Virus record (IMG/VR): IMGVR_UViG_3300008255_000162
Location: 1-52,841 of that record
Length of the DNA: 52,841 nt
Reading direction: 5' to 3' (one strand)
From: a virus
Lineage: Duplodnaviria; Caudoviricetes
Shown: positions 39,173 through 48,688 of the stretch, one piece after another
Layout of the letters: every line of letters begins with the position of its first letter
Position numbering within the stretch: the stretch's first letter is position 1
Translations under genes and position numbers: made by a program
The notes under the pieces: model-generated
Told to the model about the DNA's origin: nothing
What the model saw: only the letters and a program-made list of their open reading frames with translations
Databases searched by the model: none

Positions 39173-39748
39173 CTAAGTGTCCAGGAACGCCAGGGCGTTG
39201 TCGTCGGCGTCATCGTCGGAGTCGGTGTCGTCGGTGGACTCGACCTCCGGTTCGATCTCGGCGTCGGGGTCGGGCTCCGGGGTCTTCGTTTTCGTCGCCG
39301 TCTTGGTCGGCTTGACCGGCTTCTCTTCCGGCGTGACCTCGATGTCGTCGTCGTCGGTGTTGTCGCTGTTGGAGATCGCCTTCTCGTACTGCGACTTGGT
39401 CAGCCACGAGAAGTGGGGGAACCCTCCCTCCTCGCTCGGCGGGGCATAGTCGAAGTACACGGAGCGCTTGGCATCGATCAGCTTCTTCGCGAGCTTTTCG
39501 GGATCGACCCGCTTCTTCAGTGCCTCCTTGGGATAGCCGCCGCTGACGAACATCGCCATCAGGTACGGCGCTCCAGAGGGCATCGAGAAGCCCTCTCCAA
39601 CCAGACCCTCAGGGGTCGAGATCGAGAACTGGTAGCGATCCTTCTCGGCCTTGTAGGTACACCCGACCATGATCCCCTTCTTCGGACCCTTGGTCAGAAC
39701 GACGTAGCCCTGCGCGGGCTCGGTGTTGGTGAAATCGACGGTGGGCAT
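39173..39748 (-). CDS. Putative single-stranded DNA-binding protein
   Basis: ATG at 39748 after GGAGG; long acidic tail ending AFLDT; follows the Sak4-like ATPase and exonuclease. Confidence 0.6.
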   Translation of the reverse strand: MPTVDFTNTEPAQGYVVLTKGPKKGIMVGCTYKAEKDRYQFSISTPEGLVGEGFSMPSGAPYLMAMFVSGGYPKEALKKRVDPEKLAKKLIDAKRSVYFDYAPPSEEGGFPHFSWLTKSQYEKAISNSDNTDDDDIEVTPEEKPVKPTKTATKTKTPEPDPDAEIEPEVESTDDTDSDDDADDNALAFLDT

Positions 39749-39824
39749 GACCCATCCTCCTTGTTGGTTGTTCCCCCTTTGACTTTTGACCTTCCAACCG
39801 GGGGGAGTCGGAGGTGTACTGAAA

Positions 39825-40709
39825 TCAGATGTCGGCCAACCCACCGATCAGTCGGTTGACCCAGTTGTCGGCGTCGCTCGCAAAGTACGTGCGCGCGTAC
39901 CCGGTGAAGAGAGCGTACCCGATTCGGCCGCGCGCTCCTTTGTGATCCTTCGCGAGCTTAGCGGCCCACGACTTGAACACGTCCTCCTGTTCAGGATTCT
40001 CATTCAAGTCCTGCATGATCTGATCCGCAACCTTGTCGATCCAGGTCAGGTCTGCCGGCCAAGCGATCTCGTAGCCCTGAGCACGTAGGAGTTCTCCCAG
40101 GTGTCCGGGGCATACAGGAGTTCCAACTGCACCGCGGTCCCGTGCAATGAAGTCGTCGCTGGTTCCGAAGTCGATCCAGTATTTCCAGAACAGTTTGCCC
40201 TCGACCGGAACCATTCGCCCGATCGCTTGCATCAACCCCGCGAAATCCTCCGCAGAGTTTCCGCTGATCTTGGGGCCTCCCCGCCGGAGTCGGATTCCGA
40301 AGTTGGGCTTCTCGGGATCGTCCTGGAACTTCATCGCGCGTTCGTGAACGATGATTACGACGTGCCCTCCGGCTTCGTTGACCTTCACGCACGCGCGCCC
40401 GAGCGCGCCCACGATGTCAGCGATCTTGTTCAGCTTCGTGTACCCTATGACTCCCGAGGTATCGTCGTCGATCATGTAGTTCAGGTCGTCGATCAGGTAG
40501 AAGGGCACTCCGGGCTTCAGCGCAGCCGTGACCTTTCGAGCTGAATGTACGACCGCCCTTCGTGCGTCGAACCCGAAGATCCGACGAGCGGGGTCCGCAC
40601 CATCTTCATTGTAGAGAAAGGCAACCCCTCCTGACCCGACCAGGGTTGCTCCCGCAGTTGTCTTCCCGCTACCCGGGGGAGAGTACAAACAGATCGTCTT
40701 GCCCTTCAC
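39825..40709 (-). CDS. AAA_24 / Sak4-like ATPase (recombination)
   Basis: LYSPPGSGKTT, LIDDL, IIVHE, PKISG, ARDR motifs. Confidence 0.75.
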   Translation of the reverse strand: MKGKTICLYSPPGSGKTTAGATLVGSGGVAFLYNEDGADPARRIFGFDARRAVVHSARKVTAALKPGVPFYLIDDLNYMIDDDTSGVIGYTKLNKIADIVGALGRACVKVNEAGGHVVIIVHERAMKFQDDPEKPNFGIRLRRGGPKISGNSAEDFAGLMQAIGRMVPVEGKLFWKYWIDFGTSDDFIARDRGAVGTPVCPGHLGELLRAQGYEIAWPADLTWIDKVADQIMQDLNENPEQEDVFKSWAAKLAKDHKGARGRIGYALFTGYARTYFASDADNWVNRLIGGLADI

Positions 40710-41581
40710 TTGTCACCTCGAAATGGAAGCATCCCGGTCAGGCAGTACCCGACAAGATCACACGGACGATACCGATCGCGACACGTGTGCTGTGTGAACG
40801 ACGCCGGCTGTTTCTGCCAGGGTAGATGCGCGAGAGAATCGCGCAGGTCGTCCCAGAACGAGAGTGTTGCGATCGCATCTTCTACGGCTTGGTCAGCATC
40901 GGGAAGCGGGTCGAATGCAGTGGCCCTCTCCCGATTATTTCCGGTATACCGTTTGTTCACTCGCCCGATGATGACGCCGCCGAAGTTCTCTTTCCAGAGT
41001 ATCTTTCCGAACAGCCGGTACAGAATCATCTGAATATCTGCCACGTACTGATCGAGAGTCTGCCCACTAATCTCGAAAGCTGTCTTGTGATCGAGAATCC
41101 AGTACCGACCGTATGGATCACGCATTACGAGATCCGCGCGTCCGGTAAGTAGCCGCGCCTTTCCATGCGACTTGACCTTGAACCGGTACTCCTTCTCGAT
41201 TGCTATGATCGTCCACTTGCCGTAGTAGTCCTGCCATGCTGGTAGGTAGAATCCAAGCCATCGACGGCAGTCGTCATAGCCCTTCTGCGCGGGTCGCTTC
41301 CCCACCTCTTCGATCGAGAGGTGAGCTTTCAGCCGCATCGCCTCTTGACCGGGCATGACATCTACGCCGGCGAGGCGAGCCAGGTCGTGCGCAATGCCGA
41401 GATGGAACAGGCCACCCGCGTACAGCGCCTGTGCTGAAATCGTGATCACACCTGCGCGTGCTGCGGCAGCCTTCCGAAGGCACAGCATATCCATAGCGTA
41501 GCCGTGACTTCCCCGTTCGGATGGCCCCGGGTCGATCAACCCGTTCGGCCCGACTGTTACCTCGCAGTGCACTTTACCCAT
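40706..41581 (-). CDS. PD-(D/E)XK (RecB/Cas4-like) exonuclease
   Basis: G..FH, IEKE, GRADLV, LDHKT, Q...Y and C-terminal Cys cluster; ATG at 41581 after AGGTGA. Confidence 0.85.
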   Translation of the reverse strand: MGKVHCEVTVGPNGLIDPGPSERGSHGYAMDMLCLRKAAAARAGVITISAQALYAGGLFHLGIAHDLARLAGVDVMPGQEAMRLKAHLSIEEVGKRPAQKGYDDCRRWLGFYLPAWQDYYGKWTIIAIEKEYRFKVKSHGKARLLTGRADLVMRDPYGRYWILDHKTAFEISGQTLDQYVADIQMILYRLFGKILWKENFGGVIIGRVNKRYTGNNRERATAFDPLPDADQAVEDAIATLSFWDDLRDSLAHLPWQKQPASFTQHTCRDRYRPCDLVGYCLTGMLPFRGDK

Positions 41582-41606
41582 TTCACCTAACCGTTTAACT
41601 GTAAGC

Positions 41607-41635
41607 AGTTTAGCCGGATGGCCCACTGCTGTCAA
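41607..41635 (-). promoter_or_regulatory. Sigma70-type promoter for the recombination operon
   Basis: Minus strand TTGACA-17 nt-TAAACT. Confidence 0.7.
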
Positions 41636-41646
41636 GTGCGTACGGA

Positions 41647-41868
41647 TTACTTCTTGAAGTCAGCTTTCCGCATGAGTAGGTCGAGAATCGGATGAGAATC
41701 CATCGCCCTCTCTGAAAGCCGACGAGTGAAATCCTGCGACATCTCGTCGTCTCTTCTCGTACCGGTCGGTAAATCAGCCGTCATGCCGACAACGATGCAG
41801 CCGACCACGAACAGTACCAGGGGGGTGGGGGGCCGTTCGGCCCACGGATCACGGATTGCTCGTGTCAC
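41647..41868 (-). CDS. Small membrane protein
   Basis: One hydrophobic segment; GGAGG upstream. Confidence 0.55.
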   Translation of the reverse strand: MTRAIRDPWAERPPTPLVLFVVGCIVVGMTADLPTGTRRDDEMSQDFTRRLSERAMDSHPILDLLMRKADFKK

Positions 41869-42556
41869 CTTGCACCTCCGGTTCCTTCGTGGCGAGATGC
41901 GCTACGTGTTCCAGGTCGAGAAGCGGATCGACTTCAACCAGAAGACCGGTCAGAAGTCGCGCGAGGTCCTCTTCGCTATGCTCTCCGATGTCCCGCACAC
42001 CGTTGCACAAGCGCGCGATGACCGCACCGAGCGAGTCGAGAGGGATCCGGTAGCCGCGTTGGTAGAACTTGAGTACACGAAGCATCGACCCACCGGCATC
42101 CTCGTTGCGAGCGGGACTCGTGTAGATCAGGCGCTTCGCGGCGAGGTCGGCGTAGTAGGTGGGATCGCAGATCCCGATCCACTTGTCACCGTTGAACCAG
42201 ATCGCCGCCTTGGCGATGGTGAAGTCGAATGATTCGACCGCCTGGTACGGCGTGTCGAACGTCCACCTGTGGATGACCTGAACCGGCGGACGGAAATCGA
42301 TCGTAGAGGCGTTCGCGGTCTTGTAAACGCGCTTCCCCGCGGCCAGTTCGTTCACCAGCGCGTGTGCGTCTTCTTCTGATGCGACCAAGATGTCGATGTC
42401 GTTGACCGACTCGTTCGTGATCGCACACCGGATGAATCCACCTGCGATGAACGTGCGACTCGGGCGGGATTCGAGAGCCAGTCGGACGGCGCGAGGGAGG
42501 CGCCGAATGGCCCAGGAGATATCGCGCCAGTGTAGAGTTTCCATTTCGGATGTCAT
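41849..42556 (-). CDS. Poly(A)-polymerase/CCA-adding-type nucleotidyltransferase (head domain)
   Basis: FIAGGFIR, NDIDI, FDFTIAK, R.LKF..RGY motifs; start at 42556 lies inside the 38-bp repeat. Confidence 0.8.
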   Translation of the reverse strand: MTSEMETLHWRDISWAIRRLPRAVRLALESRPSRTFIAGGFIRCAITNESVNDIDILVASEEDAHALVNELAAGKRVYKTANASTIDFRPPVQVIHRWTFDTPYQAVESFDFTIAKAAIWFNGDKWIGICDPTYYADLAAKRLIYTSPARNEDAGGSMLRVLKFYQRGYRIPLDSLGAVIARLCNGVRDIGEHSEEDLARLLTGLLVEVDPLLDLEHVAHLATKEPEVQGDTSNP

Positions 42557-42579
42557 GACTTCTTTCCTCTCATGAGTTG
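42542..42579 (-). repeat. 38-bp direct repeat, copy 1 (RBS + MTSEM start)
   Basis: CATTTCGGATGTCATGACTTCTTTCCTCTCATGAGTTG, identical to 43057-43094. Confidence 0.95.
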
Positions 42580-42582
42580 CGC

Positions 42583-43071
42583 TCAGTGTTTTCCATTCTT
42601 TCTGTAGACCTTGAAGGTCTTCATGGTATGTCCCATCGCCGTATCGTACAGCCCCGTGAACTCGATGCGGAGAGTCTCTCCGATATTGATCTCGGAGGTC
42701 TCGACCGTATCGATCAGTTGCGTTCCCGTGACGTAGAAAGTTTCTTCCTCGACATGTAGGAGCACACGGGAATACTCTCCGTACATGCCCTCGGCTACGC
42801 GAAGCCCTCCGAACACACCAGTCAGGCATTCCCCCGATGTGCGCGGATTCCATGCACGGGGGGCCTTTACTTCCGACCAGTTGGATGCGCCCGTCTTCTC
42901 AACGTGTCGGATTTTGCCCTTCGCTGCGGCGAGGGCATTCCTCACGTTCGCGTAGCTTCGCGAGGTCTGGATCTCTTCTCCGTCCTTGCTCGCCGTGTAC
43001 GACACGCGGCCACTCTCGGTGAGGAAGCACTTGATCGTCCAGCTACGGTATTCGTGCATTTCGGATGTCAT
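42583..43071 (-). CDS. Hypothetical protein with putative OB-fold ssDNA-binding C-terminal domain
   Basis: WNP...GE.L.G...G.YG...IGE.LRI.F.G.....G..MK.FKV pattern typical of phage OB-fold proteins. Confidence 0.6.
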   Translation of the reverse strand: MTSEMHEYRSWTIKCFLTESGRVSYTASKDGEEIQTSRSYANVRNALAAAKGKIRHVEKTGASNWSEVKAPRAWNPRTSGECLTGVFGGLRVAEGMYGEYSRVLLHVEEETFYVTGTQLIDTVETSEINIGETLRIEFTGLYDTAMGHTMKTFKVYRKNGKH

Positions 43072-43094
43072 GACTTCTTTCCTCTCATGAGTTG
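43057..43094 (-). repeat. 38-bp direct repeat, copy 2
   Basis: Identical to 42542-42579. Confidence 0.95.
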
Positions 43095-43169
43095 TGCGTA
43101 GTCGTCCAGGATGAACTGCCTTCCACTCAAGTAGTCACGTTTCCCGCGTGTTCTGACTCATCATCTGCT

Positions 43170-43550
43170 CTAAGGAATGAGAGAGTCAATCTCTTCAAAC
43201 GTAGGGAATATTCCCTCGAACCTGAAGCCGCGGTCGTCGATATAAAGATGCGCGTACGGTTTGCCGGCGCCGGTCCACCAGTCGAGTTGATTCACGACTT
43301 GGTAGGAGAATCCGTTACTGATCATCCACTGCCGGAGAGCACCGATGATCACGAACGGATTGGGGGTACGCACACCCTCGAACGTGCCTTGCTGAAGTCG
43401 TGCTGTGTGTACGATCACGTCGTAATGGATGACCGCCTTCGCGAGGAAGTTGATTACACCGAGAACGGGCGAGCCCTCCAGTGTCGTGACTCCAAGCCAT
43501 TCCCCGCCGTAGATCACGCCGTCGAAGTCGATGGCCAGGACCCTTCTCAC
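43170..43550 (-). CDS. HAD-superfamily phosphatase
   Basis: IDFDGVI, HTAR, GKP...YIDDR motifs. Confidence 0.85.
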   Translation of the reverse strand: MRRVLAIDFDGVIYGGEWLGVTTLEGSPVLGVINFLAKAVIHYDVIVHTARLQQGTFEGVRTPNPFVIIGALRQWMISNGFSYQVVNQLDWWTGAGKPYAHLYIDDRGFRFEGIFPTFEEIDSLIP

Positions 43551-45271
43551 ACTGCTCTCCTTGCCGTTTCGACGAGTCGCCTCAGCATGTCGGACTGACT
43601 CCGAGTACCTGAAAGAGCCTGCTCGATCGCTGCGGCCTCTTCATCACCGACCACCTCTGCGACAGTCGGTAGCTTGTCCAGCAGCGACTCGTGAATGATC
43701 TCTTCCACGCTGCCTCGAATGAGCGGATACCGCACGAGTACCGGGCGGGTTTGTCCGAGCCTGCTTACACGTCCTTCCCATTGAATAATATGCCGGGGCG
43801 TCCATGGCAACATGACGACGTAAAGAATATCAGTGTCCTGCAAGTTCAGATACTCACCCCAAGCGTACCCGGTCCCCACGAGAATACATCCCCCTCTGTG
43901 ATCCATATAGGCGTGTCGAATCCTTGTACGTTCCTGACTCGGTGTAGACCCATGAGCCATCCAGACTGGAACCTGAGAGCTTACCGCGCTGACCTTCTTT
44001 GCAATCTCTTCCCCCAGGCGTTCGCAGTCTTCCACCCGCCCGGTGAACACCAGCACCTTTGCTCCTCCGAGGGCATCGCGCACCGCGTTTTGCACCGTCC
44101 AGCTTCGCTTACGGCTGGCCGTCTCGCAGACGGCGGCCTCTGTAATGGACTGCTCGTCTCCAGAGCGCACAGCGGCACGGCGAGCCTGTGTAGCCTCCCG
44201 ACTCGCCCCGTTCAACTCGACGGGGGACAACCAGATCAACTGCCGGCGCTTTGGAGGTAGCGCGGCGTTGATGACCGAAGCGGGAACCGTCTTGACCAGC
44301 GTAGCCAATCGCTTGTTCAGTTGCCGCGTGTTCGATCGTCCCTCATAGCGGAACCCGTAACCGTCATGCTCTCCCGCGCAGTAATGCAGACCGAATCCGT
44401 GCTTGTTCCCCCAAGCCATCGGTTCGAGCAGGTCAAGCTGAGCGAAGAGATCGATCAGCAGGTTGCTGATCGGAGTAGCCGTGAGTTCAAGCCGGTTGCT
44501 TGCATTGCGCGCAAGCACCATAGTCGCCGCCGTGCGTGTCTCTTTCAGACGGTAGTCGGTTTCTCCGTCCTCATCGACTACCTCCGTCCACCGTGACGGG
44601 TTCTTCGCGTAATGCGTTTCGTCGAATGTGATGGCGAAGGGCGCGAGATTCTCACTGATCCACGCCCACCACCCCAGATAGAAATCGCCACGACTGCCAG
44701 GATGTAATGTCTCCCAACCGACGAGATACACAGTCGGATGCTCAACCGGGCGTACTTCTACATTCGGGAGCCATGCGCCTGACCGCTTTCGCACCGCGCC
44801 TCGAACGCCTTCGAGTACGACGGTATCGAACGCAGTGCACTGACGTATCTCCTCCCGCCAAGTGTCGATTGCACCGCCCGGGACGGCGACTACCATCCGT
44901 CGTCCGCTCATCCACAAACGGAGAAGCTGCACAAGCGCGACGACAGTCTTTCCACCGCCAGGTTTGATCCAAGTTGCCCACGACGGAACCGAAGACATAC
45001 CGGCAACGATGTCTGCCTGGTAGTCCTTCAGTTCCCACGGCGCGGACCAGTGTGCCGACTTATCCAACATGCGGCGCAGTCGGTCACGATCGAAAGCCGG
45101 TGGTCTCCAACCCCCCACCCCTGGTACTACACCGGAAAGGTTCTTTGGTACTTTCCAGATTCTCCCCCACTTACGGACGCCCGGAATCGACTGAAACCGA
45201 GCGTCCAGTTCTCGAAGGAAGTTCCAGTTTCTTCTGTCTTCTGGTCCCTCGAAAGGGACTTTGATCGGCAT
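43547..45271 (-). CDS. SF2 (SNF2-like) DNA helicase
   Basis: YQ, PGGGKT, FDETH, LTATP, Q.EGRVSRLGQ motifs. Confidence 0.9.
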   Translation of the reverse strand: MPIKVPFEGPEDRRNWNFLRELDARFQSIPGVRKWGRIWKVPKNLSGVVPGVGGWRPPAFDRDRLRRMLDKSAHWSAPWELKDYQADIVAGMSSVPSWATWIKPGGGKTVVALVQLLRLWMSGRRMVVAVPGGAIDTWREEIRQCTAFDTVVLEGVRGAVRKRSGAWLPNVEVRPVEHPTVYLVGWETLHPGSRGDFYLGWWAWISENLAPFAITFDETHYAKNPSRWTEVVDEDGETDYRLKETRTAATMVLARNASNRLELTATPISNLLIDLFAQLDLLEPMAWGNKHGFGLHYCAGEHDGYGFRYEGRSNTRQLNKRLATLVKTVPASVINAALPPKRRQLIWLSPVELNGASREATQARRAAVRSGDEQSITEAAVCETASRKRSWTVQNAVRDALGGAKVLVFTGRVEDCERLGEEIAKKVSAVSSQVPVWMAHGSTPSQERTRIRHAYMDHRGGCILVGTGYAWGEYLNLQDTDILYVVMLPWTPRHIIQWEGRVSRLGQTRPVLVRYPLIRGSVEEIIHESLLDKLPTVAEVVGDEEAAAIEQALSGTRSQSDMLRRLVETARRAV

Positions 45272-45280
45272 GCAGACCTC

Positions 45281-46144
45281 TCAGGATTTCGGGGCCGACT
45301 TCCTGGCGGGTCCTTCGGATCCGACTCGCTTCATCAGGGCTTCGGCCAGCCAATCGGCAATCATGCTGGTGTCCCGCAGGTACCCGACCCCCTCGACGGT
45401 CAGGCCGGGAGCGGCCTTGAACACATCGGCCACCGCTCGATTGACGACAGTGGGATCCTTGGTGTGAATCCCCGTCCGCCGAAAGAACGGCCGGCTAGTC
45501 AGGAACTCGACCGCCTTCTTGGCTTCAGGCGTCTGCCCGGCGGACAGGTCGATGGTGGAATCCGACTCCTCCAACCCTGACTCGTCGGCGGGCGGCCTGA
45601 ACGACTGGATCATCCTTGCTTCTCTCGAACCCGGAGCTTGAATGGACTCTCCGAGTTCTTCAGGCGCACCGTCCGACTTGTCTGAGTCGGTCGGCTTCAG
45701 GGCGTTCTCGGCGGCCTTGCGCCGATCGGCTGCCAGCGTCTCGCGCGTGACTGCCGGTTCGATCCTGAGTTCCTTGACGATGGCGTTGTACGCGGTCGTT
45801 CCCTTCTTCGGCCTGTAACCGGCGTGCGTACGCCCGGTCGGGTCCTTGATGATGATGATCTTGTCACCGTTGTACGCGTACTCATAGCCGCCGAATCCCT
45901 TCTTCGTCTGATATCCCTCGGGAGTCTCATACCCACGAGGTTCGGGAGACGAGTCGTCGGTACCAGGGGTGGGGGGCTCCTCACCGTCCCCCCAGGCTGC
46001 CCGCTGTTTCTCGACCTCCTGCACGGCCGGTTTGACCCGGGTGGTGTCGAGATCGAACGGACGAGATCCTCCCGACCGGCGGATCTTCCCCTCGTTGCGG
46101 GCTCGCACGGCGGCCTCCTTCAGTGCTTTGTAGTCTTGACTCAT
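45281..46144 (-). CDS. Hypothetical protein (287 aa)
   Basis: AAGGAGG RBS; strongly biased codons; own promoter candidate. Confidence 0.75.
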   Translation of the reverse strand: MSQDYKALKEAAVRARNEGKIRRSGGSRPFDLDTTRVKPAVQEVEKQRAAWGDGEEPPTPGTDDSSPEPRGYETPEGYQTKKGFGGYEYAYNGDKIIIIKDPTGRTHAGYRPKKGTTAYNAIVKELRIEPAVTRETLAADRRKAAENALKPTDSDKSDGAPEELGESIQAPGSREARMIQSFRPPADESGLEESDSTIDLSAGQTPEAKKAVEFLTSRPFFRRTGIHTKDPTVVNRAVADVFKAAPGLTVEGVGYLRDTSMIADWLAEALMKRVGSEGPARKSAPKS

Positions 46145-46162
46145 CGGTACCTCCTTTCTCGA

Positions 46163-46191
46163 AATCTACCCTACGCGTTGTCGTTTGTCCA
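46163..46191 (-). promoter_or_regulatory. Sigma70-type promoter candidate
   Basis: Minus strand TGGACA-17 nt-TAGATT. Confidence 0.5.
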
Positions 46192-46298
46192 GAGCGCTTC
46201 GGCGCTTCCCCCCATAGTAGCTGAAGAATGGGTGCATCATCTCACCGTATACGTGTGTGTTACGATCTTCACATACGACCCAACGTAGTGCAGAACGG

Positions 46299-48425
46299 TC
46301 ACTCTCTCGATCTCCGTCCGATCGCAATCCCGGACCACCAGATCCCGTCTGCCTTTCGAGGAAGTTGAGTCACACCACGGTCGGATAGGGCTTCCTTGAA
46401 GCGCCGGTTCGACCACGGATTCTCCCTTCGGTTGGTCGCCCACTCCTTGTACGCATCGTATATCTCAGCGGCCTTGCACTTCTGGTCGCCACCGAGACGG
46501 CAACAATCGGAAATGAAGGATCCGATGATGTCTTGCGATTCACGGTACGCTAAGGTCGCGGCGTCGACCAAGTCGAACTTGGGCAACCTGCTCGCATACC
46601 ATGCCACCGCGCCGCGAACCATCCAGGCGAGGATACCTTGACCCTCCGCAAGCAGCTTGGCCTGTAGGTCATCGTCCTTCTTCTCGGGAGGAATCGTGAC
46701 CGTGAAGGGAAGCAACTTGATCCGACGCCAGATCGCCAGGTCCGTCCCCATGATCTCCGGGCGATGATTGGACGAGAGCCATATCTTACCAGTCGGGCGG
46801 AACTCAAAGAACTCCTTGTATAGGAACCGAGCGGGTACCGTGTCCTGTCCGGTGAGCTGCTTCACGACCTGCTCGTCGAGGCGTCCTCTAGCTTTGCCCT
46901 CAGACGCAACGACGAACCGCGCACCGACCAACCTCGCCAGGTCGTTGCGCGGTCCATCGTTGCGTGTTTCCATGAACGAGTTGAAGTCCGCCTGTCGGGC
47001 GTAGTCGGCCATGACATGGCGTACGACTTCGAGGAACGTGCTCTTTCCGTTCTGGCCTGTTCCATGCATGAGAAACATGACCTGTTCGGATGTCTCACCT
47101 GTCAGGCTGTACCCGAGCGCGACTTGAAGGAAGCGCGCGTACTCCTTGTCGCCATTCAGAATCTCGCTCAGGAACTTTCCCCACAGTGGACACTTGGCTT
47201 GTGGGTTGTAGGCGACCGGGGACTGATTCGTGATCAGGAGGTCGCGATTGTGAGGGTACAACTTCCCGTTTCGCAGATCGACGAGCCCGTTGCTACAACC
47301 GAACAGATGCAAGTCTTGGTCGAGATCGCTGGCCACGACCGGCACACCCACTTCGGTCTCGGCCACTCGCACCATCGCGGACAGAGCGCCGGCGGACTCC
47401 GACTTAGAAGCCCACTTACGCATGGCCTTGGCAAGATCGGTGTCGGTCACGTGTGCAGCATGATCTTTGATCATACCCGGAACGGTCTTGGCGAAGCGAT
47501 GGATCTCTCCGTCTTCGTCCCCCACCCACCTGGTACCGTCCCAGATCAGCCAACGCTGAGCAGACACGTTGAATCGAATGCGACCGCCGAACACACGGAC
47601 CAAGCGGCGCGCATTGCCGAGGTCACTGAGCGGCGCGAAGTTCGCATCGTATCCAGCCATCGACTGCGCGATGGCTACGATTTCATCCTCTGCCAAGGGG
47701 GGGTCACACAACCGCGTATTGACCGCGAGTAGCACCTCCTCGATCAGCTCAGGTCCGGCACCGCGCCCGCGGAGCCAACCGCCTATCTTGGCAAGTTCGC
47801 TGTTGCGAGCGCCGGAGGGAATGATCTCGGATAGGTCGGTCGTCGCGTCGAGATAGACATCCTCTCTCGCCTTGCGAGACAGCGCGTCGAGGAGCCACTG
47901 TGGAATGTCCGCGAGTTGGGTCGGATCTCCTCGAAGGGTCGTGTACTTCTGCCCGCTACGATGAAGCGTCGGGGGCGCGACCGCGATGTTGCCGGTCGAG
48001 AGGAACTCGATTCCCGACCATGGTTTGCACGCCCGAGGCATCTCCATGCCGTTCGGTACGTTGAACCAGAAGTGTGCGCCGCCCCCTCCGGTTTGTACCA
48101 GGTGGGTGGGGGGGAACTTCCCATACTGATCAGTGAGTTCTCGAAGCGACTTGAACCCCCCCGACTTCTTGTCAACATCCAGCACGACGATTCGACTGTC
48201 CTTTCCTGGAGCAACGCCGATCCCCGCATTGGGAAACGACCGCCACCAATCACGGATAGTCGTCTCGTCACGTGTTGCCGATTTCCACCCGCCCTGCACG
48301 CGCGGATGCTTGGCTGCGTGCCCACAGTCTTTGCCGGCCGCGCAAGCGCAGCGGTCGCCTTTCCACTCGAATAGCGGAACGACTGCAACTCCAGCCTTGG
48401 CGAGGGCCAATGCAGCGCGGAGCAT
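46299..48425 (-). CDS. Bifunctional primase-polymerase fused to PriCT, D5_N and P4-family SF3 helicase
   Basis: KHP, LDVD, TGGGG.H, VAPPTLH.SG..Y (primpol); GARN; DLGNARR; GTGQNGKST, VKQLTG.D...AR, AIWRRI. Confidence 0.95.
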   Translation of the reverse strand: MLRAALALAKAGVAVVPLFEWKGDRCACAAGKDCGHAAKHPRVQGGWKSATRDETTIRDWWRSFPNAGIGVAPGKDSRIVVLDVDKKSGGFKSLRELTDQYGKFPPTHLVQTGGGGAHFWFNVPNGMEMPRACKPWSGIEFLSTGNIAVAPPTLHRSGQKYTTLRGDPTQLADIPQWLLDALSRKAREDVYLDATTDLSEIIPSGARNSELAKIGGWLRGRGAGPELIEEVLLAVNTRLCDPPLAEDEIVAIAQSMAGYDANFAPLSDLGNARRLVRVFGGRIRFNVSAQRWLIWDGTRWVGDEDGEIHRFAKTVPGMIKDHAAHVTDTDLAKAMRKWASKSESAGALSAMVRVAETEVGVPVVASDLDQDLHLFGCSNGLVDLRNGKLYPHNRDLLITNQSPVAYNPQAKCPLWGKFLSEILNGDKEYARFLQVALGYSLTGETSEQVMFLMHGTGQNGKSTFLEVVRHVMADYARQADFNSFMETRNDGPRNDLARLVGARFVVASEGKARGRLDEQVVKQLTGQDTVPARFLYKEFFEFRPTGKIWLSSNHRPEIMGTDLAIWRRIKLLPFTVTIPPEKKDDDLQAKLLAEGQGILAWMVRGAVAWYASRLPKFDLVDAATLAYRESQDIIGSFISDCCRLGGDQKCKAAEIYDAYKEWATNRRENPWSNRRFKEALSDRGVTQLPRKADGIWWSGIAIGRRSRE

Positions 48426-48427
48426 GA

Positions 48428-48640
48428 CTACTCCGCGATGATGTTGTACAGTTCTTCGGGCTCAGTGTAGATGCGCATGAAGGCGCTTTGGTACTTGACC
48501 CCCACGGCGCGCACGAGCGTATCGATCGCTTGAGACCGGTCGATCCCGAATGCACGTTGGATCACGTCTAGTGTTTCCATGGCAGTTCGAGACAGTCTGA
48601 CTGTAGCCTGCTTGTCTCTGACTTCTTCACTGTTAGACAT
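48428..48640 (-). CDS. Small DNA-binding protein (ribbon-helix-helix-like)
   Basis: TVRLS....E.LD.I....GI.RSQAI..LV pattern; GGAG RBS; sits between array B and the primase. Confidence 0.6.
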   Translation of the reverse strand: MSNSEEVRDKQATVRLSRTAMETLDVIQRAFGIDRSQAIDTLVRAVGVKYQSAFMRIYTEPEELYNIIAE

Positions 48641-48688
48641 TGCTATCTCCCGTTGGGTACTGTAACACGGCGTTGAATGGACGGCCAG

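Noticed and set aside
41582-41635. TTG start at 41635 for the exonuclease
   Set aside because: The TTG is the -35 box of a promoter; ATG at 41581 has an RBS
43095-43169. Hammerhead-like ATGATGA...GAAAC on the minus strand
   Set aside because: Lacks the CUGANGA core and a proper stem II
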